Source: Strigamia acuminata (taxonomy: Eukaryota). From it: DNA of 64,000 nt. A program made the translations under genes and the position numbers. The notes beneath the pieces are model-generated. The model saw nothing but the letters and a program-made list of their open reading frames with translations. It searched no databases and had not been told where the DNA came from. How positions within the stretch are numbered: the stretch's first letter is position 1; each line of letters starts with the position of its first letter. The stretch lies in assembly GCA_949358305.1 (NCBI GenBank), contig OX442314.1, forward strand, positions 186,001-250,000, in the 5' to 3' direction. Positions 35,201 through 45,733 of the stretch are shown piece after piece.

Positions 35201-37034
35201 GAACCTGAAATTCCCCCTGGGATCCAAACACGACGTTGATCACGATCAAAGAAAAAGAAAGGGAACGTGATGTCACACCCAGAATTACTGCCGTTAAATA
35301 TGGCGAAATGGGAACGACGCGCATCCGTCCGCAAAGACGGAGCGACGGCGGGACAAATAGATGTTGTTTACATCACGCCCTTAAAGGATAAGATAAGAAG
35401 TCGAGTTGATATCGCACGGTGGTGCGATGAAGAAGGGTACGCATATGATGCGACCTTATTTGACTTTAAGACATTAGAGGGGGACGGTGAACCGTTAGGG
35501 TTTGCAGGTTTCTGCGCCGTCGAGCCAGAAACCTACGAAGAAGCCATGTACCACATCAAGCGCCCTGATTGGATTAAAGCTATGAGGGAAGAAATTGATG
35601 TGTTTGATGAAAGAACGGTTTACAAGGAAGTTGACAAAACAACTTTAGACGAGGGTACGACTCTCTTGGGATCGAAATGGATATATAAAATGAAGCGCGA
35701 CCACACAGGGCTTTAAGCAAAAGCCCGGAGTTGACTTTACGGAGGTGTTCTCCCCCGTCGTCAACTTCGTGCTAGTAATAGTGTTCTTTTGCACTTTGGT
35801 AATACTCAAGGGATGGCGGGACTTACACTTGGATATCAAGGCCGCGTACCTTTACGGGGACCTAGATACGGTACAGTACATGGAGATCCCCAAGGGATAT
35901 CGTACCGCCCATAATCAGCATAAATGCTGGATGCTTTTAAAAGCACTTTATGGATTACACCAGTCCGGTCGTATGTGGTACCAGGTTCTCCACATACGGC
36001 TACTTGAATTGGGCTTTCAACCGTTGCTGGGTTTAAACTGTGTCTATGCCCTAGACAACGATGCAATAGTCATCTTTTACGTGGACGATATCGTGCTGTT
36101 TTCCAAGGATGACTATGTGGAACAATGCGTTTTAAAGTGGTTACGGGAATCGTTTGAAGTAGTGAGTCTGGGACCCGTAACTTTACTTTTAGGAATTGAG
36201 TTTGATAGGTCCGGGGGCATGATTAAAATCCACCAACGGAAATATATTGAAAAGCTTTGTAAAGCGTACGGGATTGACTCGTGCCATCGAGTGAAAGTTC
36301 CAGTAACCCCGGAAACCATGATTCAAAGTGTAAGAACCGGGGAAAAAGTCGATACTTCATTCCCGTACAGATCTCTGGTCGGAAGTCTATTGTTCATCGC
36401 CAGCCGAACCAGACCCGACATACTGTTTTCAGTAATAGTGCTTTCCCAGTATAACGAGACACATTCGACGCGCCATGTCAATATGTTACTGCAGGTCCTA
36501 CGATATTTGGCCACCACGTCGAATTATTCGATTAACTTGTCGAACTGTAAAAACGAGGATTTGACAGTTTACACCGACGCGTCGTTTGCCCTAGATCAAG
36601 ACAGACGACGAAGCTTTGGGGGACATATTGTCTATATGGGTGGCATTCCCATCTCGTGGAATTGCCACAAACAATCGATGACCTCCCTGTCGATCATGGA
36701 GAGCGAATTTCTCGCCGTGGTCGATGGGGTGAAAGAAGTTATTTGGCTCGAGCGCCTTTACGACGCGAAAATAATGTTTTGTCTCGAGCGAAATACGCCC
36801 TGTGTTTTTGCGGATAGCCAGCCGGCTATCCAATACTGTAAGAATAGGATTGAGAACAGGGCGAATAAACATATAGACGTGAAGCTTCACTTCGTTAGAG
36901 ATTGGTTCGAGAAAGGAACGTTTTTGATCGAGCATGTTTCCGGCGAATTAAATGTCGCCGATATTCTAACGAAGTGGTTAGCTAAATCCAGACTGAACGC
37001 CCTATGCGAATATATCTTTGTGGTCGACAAATAG
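32227..37034 (+). pseudogene. Copia 2 gag-pol with a frameshift (~34485), in-frame TGA (35237) and a small RT deletion (~35708)
   Basis: CFTCGGTGHFAREC, WYVDTGAT, WHSRLGH, HLDVWGP, KTDNGGEF, YVDD, YTDASF. Confidence 0.92.
35285..35470 (+). other. Methyl-CpG-binding domain (MBD) within Copia 2 pol
   Basis: LP...KWERRASVRKDGATAGQIDVVYITPLKDKIRSRVDIARWC...LFDF closely follows MeCP2/MBD spacing. Confidence 0.87.
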
Positions 37035-37514
37035 CTAAACAAAGGGGGATTTGTTGGGTTGGCGTTTTGCTGTTTGTCCCCTTCACGCGCGTGTGTTGTT
37101 AAATGCACCTTTCTGGTTTAGTGCATTTGATGTGCCGTTGTTTATTGACCCGTGCATGAGATCGGTCAATCTAGTGTTTATATAATGCGTATTATATTGC
37201 TGCGACCGATCGTTTATTTGCAATGGCACATCTCCTATCGTCGCCTGCTCAAAAGAGCAGTTATTGTTTACACTGTTCTGGTTGAGTTATCTTTTAGTTT
37301 TGTCATTCTGTAAAGAATGAATCAATGTGTTAAAGCATTGATTTGTTCTGTCATTTCATTGTGCTTGAAATCGAGGGCGATTAGCCTCGAACAAGGTTTT
37401 ATGTTTACACATACTTTTGTAATAAAAGATGGCGGACGCGTGTCCGATTTATCCGCCCAGCCAAAATGATGTTTCGAGTTATTTAGACAGCGCACAGGCC
37501 ATCACAACTCTTCA

Positions 37515-37778
37515 ATCTTTACAATTGATAGAGTAGACACGACGTATGAACCTCCAATTTTCAAATTGAAAGACAGTCTGGGAGAATCGATCGAAGGTTC
37601 CTTTTACCGTGAAGAACTGCAAAAGACCAAAACCGGGGTAGATGATCCCTACTTGATCGAGAAAGTCATTAGAAAAAAGAAAAACAGCGATGGCAGTTTC
37701 AAATACCTAGTGAAATGGGTCGGCTACGATCAGAAGCACAACTCATGGGTGGATGAACTCGTGGATATTAAAAAATGA
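37515..37778 (+). pseudogene. Polinton integrase C-terminal part with chromodomain
   Basis: Rejoins as NWSNEIFTIDRV; IEGSFYREELQK; YLIEKVIRK...YLVKWVGY...HNSWV. Confidence 0.9.
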
Positions 37779-37955
37779 ATAACGTGGAAATTTACAACTG
37801 GGCGAAGAATAAACTACGTATTGCCCATTTCAACAACGTGTTGCCCATCGATTGCCTGAAACCGCTCGCGAATCACCGGGGCAAGAATGAAAGCTTTGTC
37901 ATCAATTTAGACCCATCGATGGGTGGCGGTACCCATTGGGTAAGCTTGTATCACG
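37775..37955 (+). pseudogene. Second adenain-like protease, truncated
   Basis: MNNVEI...FVINLDPSMGGGTHWVSLY, then abrupt switch to Copia leader-like sequence. Confidence 0.72.
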
Positions 37956-40739
37956 ATCGTTTAGTAACGTCTCGACGACGTTATCGACGGTATTTCGACT
38001 GTGAAGAGCCACAGATTAAACCCCGGTGTTCACTGTGAAGGCGCGGACGTGCGCGTTACGTTTTTGCCCACGTTGACACGGAGGCGTGCACGTGGAAGGC
38101 ACGACAGCGCCCTTTCCGTGCTCATTCACCGTTGGAGCAGCAGTTCAACGCTGAAAACAACGCGGAAAACATCTTCACATCGCTTAAAAAGTGTATTTGG
38201 GTCGAAATTATTTGTCAATAGTTGATAAGTTTTTGTTTGGGCAAGTTAGATTATTCTGCACTCTTCGAGCATTCGCTCACGTGCAGTCTTATTCCGGTCT
38301 GGGCTTGTCCGTGGTACAAGGTAGTCGTCCCGCGCCACCAGGTTGGCGGTCGGAAGCTATCAGGACGACCAGATTCGGGTTTTAATCTCTCTTAAAGAGA
38401 TTTCCCCGGGAAGTAGCGCATTTTTCGCCTTATATTTTGTGGGAAAAGTGTTTTTTCAAAGTGACAAAGTGTCTACTAATTTGTGCTACGGCATTATTGT
38501 GGAAAGAGCCACATTTTGCAACAAATAGTGATTTTTTGTGTGGAAAAATTGTGTTAAGTGCTGCAACAATGTCTTTAAAAGACAGTGGAAGATTGTTCCA
38601 AACCCGAGGACGATTGCCGGGTTTCAAAGCCAATTTGGACAATTGGCATGTTGCACATGTGCGCCAGGAGCGACAACGGGTCAAAGGACAGCTCCCTGAC
38701 CCATCGTATCATGATAATGATACAAATGTACGAAGAAATCGTGTAATTTGGAATCGCAATGTGGATAAGATCCACGTGTTTGGCGGTGAAGCCAATGAGT
38801 GCAATGTCAACAAGGACATTTATGGCGCAAGGGATTGGCAACGCCAAAGGATTTTGCGACATTCTAAGAATGGACATGGCAATTTGGGTTTTTGCACGGC
38901 ATTAAATGCCACGAACGGACTTTATTGCGGGAACACACTGGAATCTTCGACACAGACGTGTGTCACCTGTTGTTTTAATTGTGGCGGAGTGGGTCATCTC
39001 GCCAGGGATTGTCCTTCGGTTTGGAAACAAGGAAATCTCACCTCATCCAGGATGTGGCAATTAACACAGGCTCGTACAAGGTTTTGCAGTGAAAGGAACT
39101 GTTCCGACATGCACACAAGCAGAGGAGGTGTGCAGTCATGCAACAATAAAGACAAGGAGAATTTTAAAAATTCTACAACCAAGGAAGATAATATGTTTGA
39201 AAATATTATTTGGCATTGTGATAGCCAGGTCTCCAATCATGTGGCATCTTGTGAAAAGTGGTTTTGCAATTTTAGGCCTTTAAATAAATTTGAAAATGAT
39301 TTAGAAATCATGGGGATTGGTGATGTCAGACTGTTCTCTTTAAATGGGAATCAGAAAACAAATTTATTCTTAAGGGATGTTTGGTTTGTGCCCAAAAGTG
39401 GGAGAAATTTGATTTCATTGGGAAAATTAGATCAAATTGGCCTAACCACTAATAGGGGGTTTCATTATATGAATGATTTTGCAATTTTGTGATTTTGCAT
39501 TAATCACAAAATCATTATTTTTTGATGCCTCCAAAAATGAGTTTACATTGAATTAACCCAGTCAATTTTGCAATTGTGTGATCTGGACAATTTTGTGATT
39601 TTTGAGTATTGTCATGTGATATCTGTTCTACCAATCACATTCACATTCACTAAAGCACAAAAGAGTGAAAACACAAAATCCCAAAAACATCTAAAAGGTA
39701 GTTTTTGCGATTTTGATAAGAAGTGATTTTGAGGCTTGTGAAACTCAAAACAAAATGGAGGCATCCAAGCTCTATCTAAGTGGCCAACTTGTATCCTTGT
39801 ATATCATCAAAATGCTGATGCATCCATGACTGTATAACAGCTAGGAAACTCAATACTTCGATTCGGGTAAAAAAAAGTACCGATTCAGGGCGATTCAGGG
39901 CGATTTTAGCGGGTGCCCGAATGGAAATTCAGGCGGAAATGTTCGTCGCGTATCGTTTTTTATTGTTTTCTATGTCAAGATAAGCTCGGAAAATTATGGA
40001 ACCAAGCTCATTTTGAAGAGGAGACAATTCTGCACAAGCCTGTATTTTTTATTTTTTGATTCGGGCGAGGAAAAGTGCCGATTCGGGCCATCTTAGCGGG
40101 GGACCGAATGGGAAAATTTGGAAATTTGGTGCAGAATTTGGATTCGAGATTCGACCATGACAAAACCAAAAATTCGTAAAATTAACCGAATGAAATGTTT
40201 AAAACAGGTTTCCAGAGAAGAAAATTCCGCTGAAAACGATGGTACAGATAACTTTTTGATCGGAATAACCGTTGACTTTAAATTTTGGAAAAAACGATCT
40301 TTTTTGGGTTGATTTATAAGAAAAAGTTGGAAAAAGTGGTTGAATAATAAAGGAGGACAAAATAGCAGGTTGCAGTGGTTTGGGCCAAAATTGAATTGGC
40401 TGGATTAACGTTGGGTTTAGGTTAACTTTTGGGTTTGATTGTGTTTGGGTATTGGCCAGATTGGCATTGGTTTTGGTTTGGTGTGGTTTGGGTTTGGGTT
40501 GCATTATTATGGGTTTGGTTTAGTTTTGCAAAAATTTATTTTATTTTTGGTTGTATACATTTGTCTGATCTATGACTTTGGCTTTGTGGGTGAACAGCTA
40601 GTATTTATTAAAATGCACCTTATTAAAAAATATTTTGTTCCATCACACAAATAAGAACTAGTTTTTTTGCATCACATTTTAAAATTGGTTGGATATAACT
40701 ATAACCTAATATGGTGGATAGGAAGTCACGTGACTATTT

Positions 40740-43700
40740 TGTTAGTAGTATTTCGTTTACAATGAGTTGTTTTTATGAATGGTTACGTAGTAAGTAACCA
40801 TGAAAGAATTGTATTATATGAGCAACAATAAATTGACATGTGTGATTGTTATGATGTGATGAATGGAATGATGTACGAGTGAATTCTCTTCAAAATTAAC
40901 GAAATTGTCCCAACATGGGTTATGGGCCCCAGCTACGAGAAAAATGCCAGCTGGATGGCAAAAGAGTGGATGAATCGATTCGAGTGTTGAATTAGGCGGT
41001 GTTTCTTGTGGTTTTTTGGACTATTTGTACGTAAGAGTCGCGACATTCGGAAATGGCGACTAAGAGCGATGTGCAGTCGGTAACGTACGTTGAAAAATTG
41101 AACGGTAAGAACTACCCATCGTGGGAGTATCGTGTGAGAACGTTGCTGAGAGCCAAGGACGTCTGGACGGTAATTAAAGATGATTTGCCAATCAAGACTT
41201 TGGGCGAGAGTGATGTAGACTTTAAAACGAGGCAAGACAAGTGGAATACAAGCGACGTAGAGGCATTGAATTTAATTCTTCAGACGATAGATTCGACACA
41301 ATTACGACACGTGTTAAATAAGGACACAGCCAAGGAGGCCTGGCTGGCATTGAAGACTGAAAACCAGGGCGATTTGGCGGAACTTAAAGTACAAAAGAGA
41401 GTTGAATTGGGACACACGGTGATGAAACAAAGTGAGACAGTAGCCACATACCTGGATAGAATGATCTCCATTCGGGAGGAATTAAGTTCAATTGGGGTCG
41501 TTATTGAAGAGCAAGAATTGTGTGCGCACATCTTGCGTGGCTTAAGTGCGGAATACGCAAATGTGATCACAAGTTGTGATGTTGCTGGGACGAGCACGAT
41601 GAAACTACTCACTCTACGCCGTGCATTATTAGCCGCAGAAACTCGTAAGAATAGTGTTGAAGTGACCACTGATACCCGTATAGAGAGCGCCACCTGGATG
41701 AGGGGCGCAAATAGAGGAAGTGGCCGACGGCCAATGGGCACTGCAGGGGGAAGCCGGGGATCTGCAAGCAGGGGTGGACCAAAATGCTGGAACTGTGGAC
41801 GCATTGGCCACCGATACGCAGAATGCCGACAACCTGTGGACCCGGCGGCTGCAGCTGACTTTCGGGGACGTGGTCGTGGTAGAGGACGGGGCTTTAATCG
41901 AGGATTTGGACGAGCGCGCAATCAGAGTGCAAACATGGCAGCACAAGAGTCGAGAAGGGTCAGTGAGAATGTACCTGACCTTGATTATGTTGTCGATTAC
42001 GCGATGTCCACTGGAGCGGTTAGACCTGAGTGGAACTTGAATGTCTGGTTTATGGACTCAGGTGCCTCGTCCCACATGGCCAACAACCCTAGTTGTTTTA
42101 ATCATTTGACCTTGAGTCGCGGCAAAGATATTTTTCTAGCCGATGGACGTAAGGTGCACTCGACCGGGTATGGTTCAGTATTGCTGACCACTAGAGTGGG
42201 CAGCGAGACAAGGCGAATACGATTAGATAATGTAAACCTCGTGCCTTCATTGAAGACCAACCTATTATCGGTTGGAAGGATAATAGATTTGGGATTTATC
42301 GTATGCTTTGGTGACGGAATTTGCGAGGTCAAAACGTCAGATGGGACCAAAGTATTTCAGGCGCGAAAAATTAATGGTTTGTTTCAAGTGGAGACTACCT
42401 CGAATGACATTGATAGCTCACCAAGAATGAACATCGGGATGTCATCATTGGCCCACCCCCACGAACCGGACCAGCGAGCGAGTCGATTATCGATGGAGAT
42501 GTGGCACCGACGATTGGCTCATTTAGGCTATCGGTCATTGAGGGAGCTTTGGACCAGAAATATGGTGAAGGGATTGCATTTAAAGGATGCGAAGATTCCG
42601 AAAATATGCGACAAGTGTGCAATGGCCAAGAAAATCAGGGCACCATTCAAGCCGACGAATTATATTTCGGCAACAAAACCATTTGAGATGTTGCACGTTG
42701 ATTTATGTGGCCCCTTCCGAAATGTATCGACATTGGGGAGTAAATATATATTTACTATTGTCGACGATTTTTCGAGAGCAATTTTCACGAGATTTCTGAA
42801 GGAGAAATCACAAACAGTAGGTGAATTTGAAAGTTTTTTGACAATGTTTGAAAATAAGTTTGGAAGTAAACTCAAGCGGTTGCGAAGCGATAATGGGACC
42901 GAGTTTCTAAACGAGAGATTTAAAAATTTGTTGACGAAGCGTGGCGTTCACCACCAATTAACAGTCCCATGGAGCCCCTCCCAAAATGGCGTCGCTGAGA
43001 GGGCCAACCGGAAGTTACTGGACGCGGCAAGGACCCTCCTGTTGGATTCGGGATTACCGATGCAGTTTTGGCAGGACGCGGTCGAAACAGCGGGCTATGC
43101 GTGCAACAGATCGAAGATGCGGAGATTCAACGTGGAGACACCAATTGAACGTCTAACAGGACACAAGCCAGATGTTAGCAATATGAGGATCTTCGGATGT
43201 GTAGCCTATACTTGGATCCCCAAACAAAACCGTTACAAGTTGGAACCAACAGCACGTAAAGCCATCTTTATGGGATATCCGTTCCAATCGGCGGGATGGA
43301 AATTTTATGACCCAGTTAAAAAGAAATATTTCGTCGCAAGGGACGTGAAGTTTGATGAGGAATTAAAGGGATCGACATTACTTCCAAAGTTAGAGCAACC
43401 GCAATCTTCAGATGAACGAATATTGGATGAAGCGGAGCCAAACGGAACAATGCAAGTTCCGGTAATTCACGATGAGGTTCCGATTCAACAAGAATACAGG
43501 ATGCCCAACAGGGCTGGTCAAGTGGGTCCTGAGAGGCGCTATCCGTTGAGGATCAGGAGACCCCCAGATCGATATGTCCCTTATGACCCCGGCCAAAGAC
43601 CAAGACGTGGACAGAATAGGGTAGTCAGACCGGATGCTGACGTTTCGAACTTGATAAATGAGGAGGATGTACCTGACGCTAAACGCATAACGATACCAAA

Positions 43701-45469
43701 GACATATAAACAGGCAATGGAATCTGCCCAGTCAGTACAGTGGCAAGAGGCGATGCAGAAAGAGATACAATCTCATACACAACAGGACACGTGGAAGTTG
43801 GTAGATCGACCCAAAGATGCAAAAGTGGTTGGATCGCGGTGGATTTATTCACTAAAAACCAACCAACAAGGACAAGTAATACGTTACAAAGCGCGTTTGG
43901 TGGCCCAGGGGTACAATATTTATAAAGGCGTTGACTATGATGAATCTTTCTCTCCTGTAGTCAGACTCGCTACAATAAGGATTCTGATGGCACTAGCAGT
44001 GATGTATCATTTCCGGATTAAACACCATGACGTGGAGACTGCTTATTTGCATGCCAAGTTGGGCCAGACGGTCTACATGGAATTGCCAAAGGGAATGGAA
44101 GTTCCGGGCGACAAGGTTTGCCTATTACAAAAGGCAATTTATGGCTTACCACAAGCAGGCCGTGCCTGGCACAAAACATTGGAAGCTGAGCTTTTAAAAG
44201 TTGGATTTGTCAAGCACCCCACGGAACAGTGTGTTTATATCTACAGGCGTGGAAAGTCTACGATAATTATGGCGACATATGTTGACGATTTGTTGACCTT
44301 GGATGACAACAGCGAGCTATTAGATCATTTGATGGCAAGAATTCGGCGTTGTATCAAGGTGATAGATTTGGGCGAGATAAAGAGTTTATTGGGCATAAGG
44401 ATAAAACAAGATTGGCACAAAAATCAAATCACCTTGGATCAGTCAAAGTATATTCTTGAATTGGCATCCAAATTTGGATTAGAGCAGGCAAGGATTGTGA
44501 AAGTTCCTATGGAAGTTTCACAAAAATTGGATGCGCCGGATTACCCATTGGGTCCATCAGCAGGTGACAAGCCGTATAGAGAATTGATTGGCGCGTTACT
44601 TTACCTTGCTCAGGGTACGCGCCCAGACATCGCATTTCCTGTGTCTTTCCTCTCACAGTGGCTGAATGACCCGAAGGAAGCCCATTGGATAGCGGCCAAG
44701 AGAATCCTGCGTTACTTGATTGGGACGGTGAACTACAGTTTGAGATACACAAGTTCCAGTTCAGACTTGATTGGGTATACTGACTCATCCTGGAACGCAT
44801 GTAATGCCGACGCAAAATCATTTGCGGGATTCATAACTACTTTGAATGGAACAGCGATCACATGGCAAGCGAAGAAGCAGAGTTTGATCAGCTTGTCGTC
44901 TTGTGAAGCGGAATTTTCGGGTCTGGTGGAGGTCGCTAAGGAAGTGAAATGGGTCAAAAATGTTCTTGAAGATCTGAGATTGACAACTGATAAGGGACCG
45001 ATAGTAATTTTCTGCGACAACCAGCCAGCAATTGACTTGACCAAGAACCCGTGTTATCACGCAAGAACGAAACACTTTAATAGGAGAGTAGCTTTTATTA
45101 GGCAAGATGTTGAAGAAGGAATTTACAGTGTGATGTATTTGTCAACCGATCAAATGCTCGCGGATATGATGACCAAGGCTGTCTCTGAAACGAAATTGAA
45201 GCAAGCGTGTGAAGCAATTGGATTAGTGAACATTTCGAATGAAAATTAATTGTAAACTTTATATGCATGTATTAAGAATTTAATATGGGCGAGTGTTAGT
45301 AGTATTTCGTTTACAATGAGTTGTTTTTATGAATGGTTACGTAGTAAGTAACCATGAAAGAATTGTATTATATGAGCAACAATAAATTGACATGTGTGAT
45401 TGTTATGATGTGATGAATGGAATGATGTACGAGTGAATTCTCTTCAAAATTAACGAAATTGTCCCAACA
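40740..45469 (+). mobile_element. Copia LTR retrotransposon 3, apparently intact, no MBD
   Basis: 176-bp LTRs 40740-40915 and 45294-45469; TSD TATTT; half-tRNA-iMet-type PBS GGTTATGGGCCC; empty site visible in copy B at ~47016. Confidence 0.95.
41053..45249 (+). CDS. Copia 3 gag-pol polyprotein (1398 aa, uninterrupted)
   Basis: CWNCGRIGHRYAEC, WFMDSGASSH, WHRRLAH, HVDLCGP, RSDNGTEF, QNGVAER, YKARLVAQG, YVDD, YTDSSW. Confidence 0.95.
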   Translation: MATKSDVQSVTYVEKLNGKNYPSWEYRVRTLLRAKDVWTVIKDDLPIKTLGESDVDFKTRQDKWNTSDVEALNLILQTIDSTQLRHVLNKDTAKEAWLALKTENQGDLAELKVQKRVELGHTVMKQSETVATYLDRMISIREELSSIGVVIEEQELCAHILRGLSAEYANVITSCDVAGTSTMKLLTLRRALLAAETRKNSVEVTTDTRIESATWMRGANRGSGRRPMGTAGGSRGSASRGGPKCWNCGRIGHRYAECRQPVDPAAAADFRGRGRGRGRGFNRGFGRARNQSANMAAQESRRVSENVPDLDYVVDYAMSTGAVRPEWNLNVWFMDSGASSHMANNPSCFNHLTLSRGKDIFLADGRKVHSTGYGSVLLTTRVGSETRRIRLDNVNLVPSLKTNLLSVGRIIDLGFIVCFGDGICEVKTSDGTKVFQARKINGLFQVETTSNDIDSSPRMNIGMSSLAHPHEPDQRASRLSMEMWHRRLAHLGYRSLRELWTRNMVKGLHLKDAKIPKICDKCAMAKKIRAPFKPTNYISATKPFEMLHVDLCGPFRNVSTLGSKYIFTIVDDFSRAIFTRFLKEKSQTVGEFESFLTMFENKFGSKLKRLRSDNGTEFLNERFKNLLTKRGVHHQLTVPWSPSQNGVAERANRKLLDAARTLLLDSGLPMQFWQDAVETAGYACNRSKMRRFNVETPIERLTGHKPDVSNMRIFGCVAYTWIPKQNRYKLEPTARKAIFMGYPFQSAGWKFYDPVKKKYFVARDVKFDEELKGSTLLPKLEQPQSSDERILDEAEPNGTMQVPVIHDEVPIQQEYRMPNRAGQVGPERRYPLRIRRPPDRYVPYDPGQRPRRGQNRVVRPDADVSNLINEEDVPDAKRITIPKTYKQAMESAQSVQWQEAMQKEIQSHTQQDTWKLVDRPKDAKVVGSRWIYSLKTNQQGQVIRYKARLVAQGYNIYKGVDYDESFSPVVRLATIRILMALAVMYHFRIKHHDVETAYLHAKLGQTVYMELPKGMEVPGDKVCLLQKAIYGLPQAGRAWHKTLEAELLKVGFVKHPTEQCVYIYRRGKSTIIMATYVDDLLTLDDNSELLDHLMARIRRCIKVIDLGEIKSLLGIRIKQDWHKNQITLDQSKYILELASKFGLEQARIVKVPMEVSQKLDAPDYPLGPSAGDKPYRELIGALLYLAQGTRPDIAFPVSFLSQWLNDPKEAHWIAAKRILRYLIGTVNYSLRYTSSSSDLIGYTDSSWNACNADAKSFAGFITTLNGTAITWQAKKQSLISLSSCEAEFSGLVEVAKEVKWVKNVLEDLRLTTDKGPIVIFCDNQPAIDLTKNPCYHARTKHFNRRVAFIRQDVEEGIYSVMYLSTDQMLADMMTKAVSETKLKQACEAIGLVNISNEN

Positions 45470-45733
45470 TATTTAAATAATTGCAAAATTGCAAAATTAT
45501 GAGATTGTTTTTGAAACTAATTATTAATCACAATTTGTGATGGCCACTTGGATTGAGTTTGGCTGCTGCCATTTTTGCCAAAATAGCAAAACTACCTTTG
45601 ATTTTGTGATTGTGTATTTTTTCTGTTTTGTGTTTTTGCAATTATGCACATGATTGGTGGAACTGATATCATGTGACAAATCCAAAAGTGCAAAATTGCT
45701 AAAGTTGCAAAATTACAAAATTGCTTAATTAAT

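Larger units (their letters stand above)
30635..37514 (+). mobile_element. Copia LTR retrotransposon 2 (MBD-containing) inserted in the Polinton integrase
   Basis: 463-bp LTRs at 30635-31097 and 37052-37514; TSD ATCTT; PBS TGGTAGCAGAGGAT at 31101; PPT AAAGGGGGAT. Confidence 0.95.
1838..37955. mobile_element. Polinton/Maverick (adintovirus-like endogenous DNA virus), degenerate, right end deleted, interrupted by nested insertions
   Basis: Co-located pPolB, rve integrase, A32-like ATPase, adenain proteases, major and minor capsid genes, all intronless and tightly packed; 5'-AG start and tandem-repeat-rich left end. Left boundary is inferred because no right TIR is present. Confidence 0.93.

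Noticed and set aside
1838..37955. Prophage or bacterial contamination
   Set aside because: Gene set is Polinton-type and is embedded with eukaryotic LTR/LINE elements next to intron-containing animal genes.
40420..40525. Telomere-like GT-rich repeats
   Set aside because: Irregular GGTTT tracts internal to the TIR element, duplicated at ~46700.
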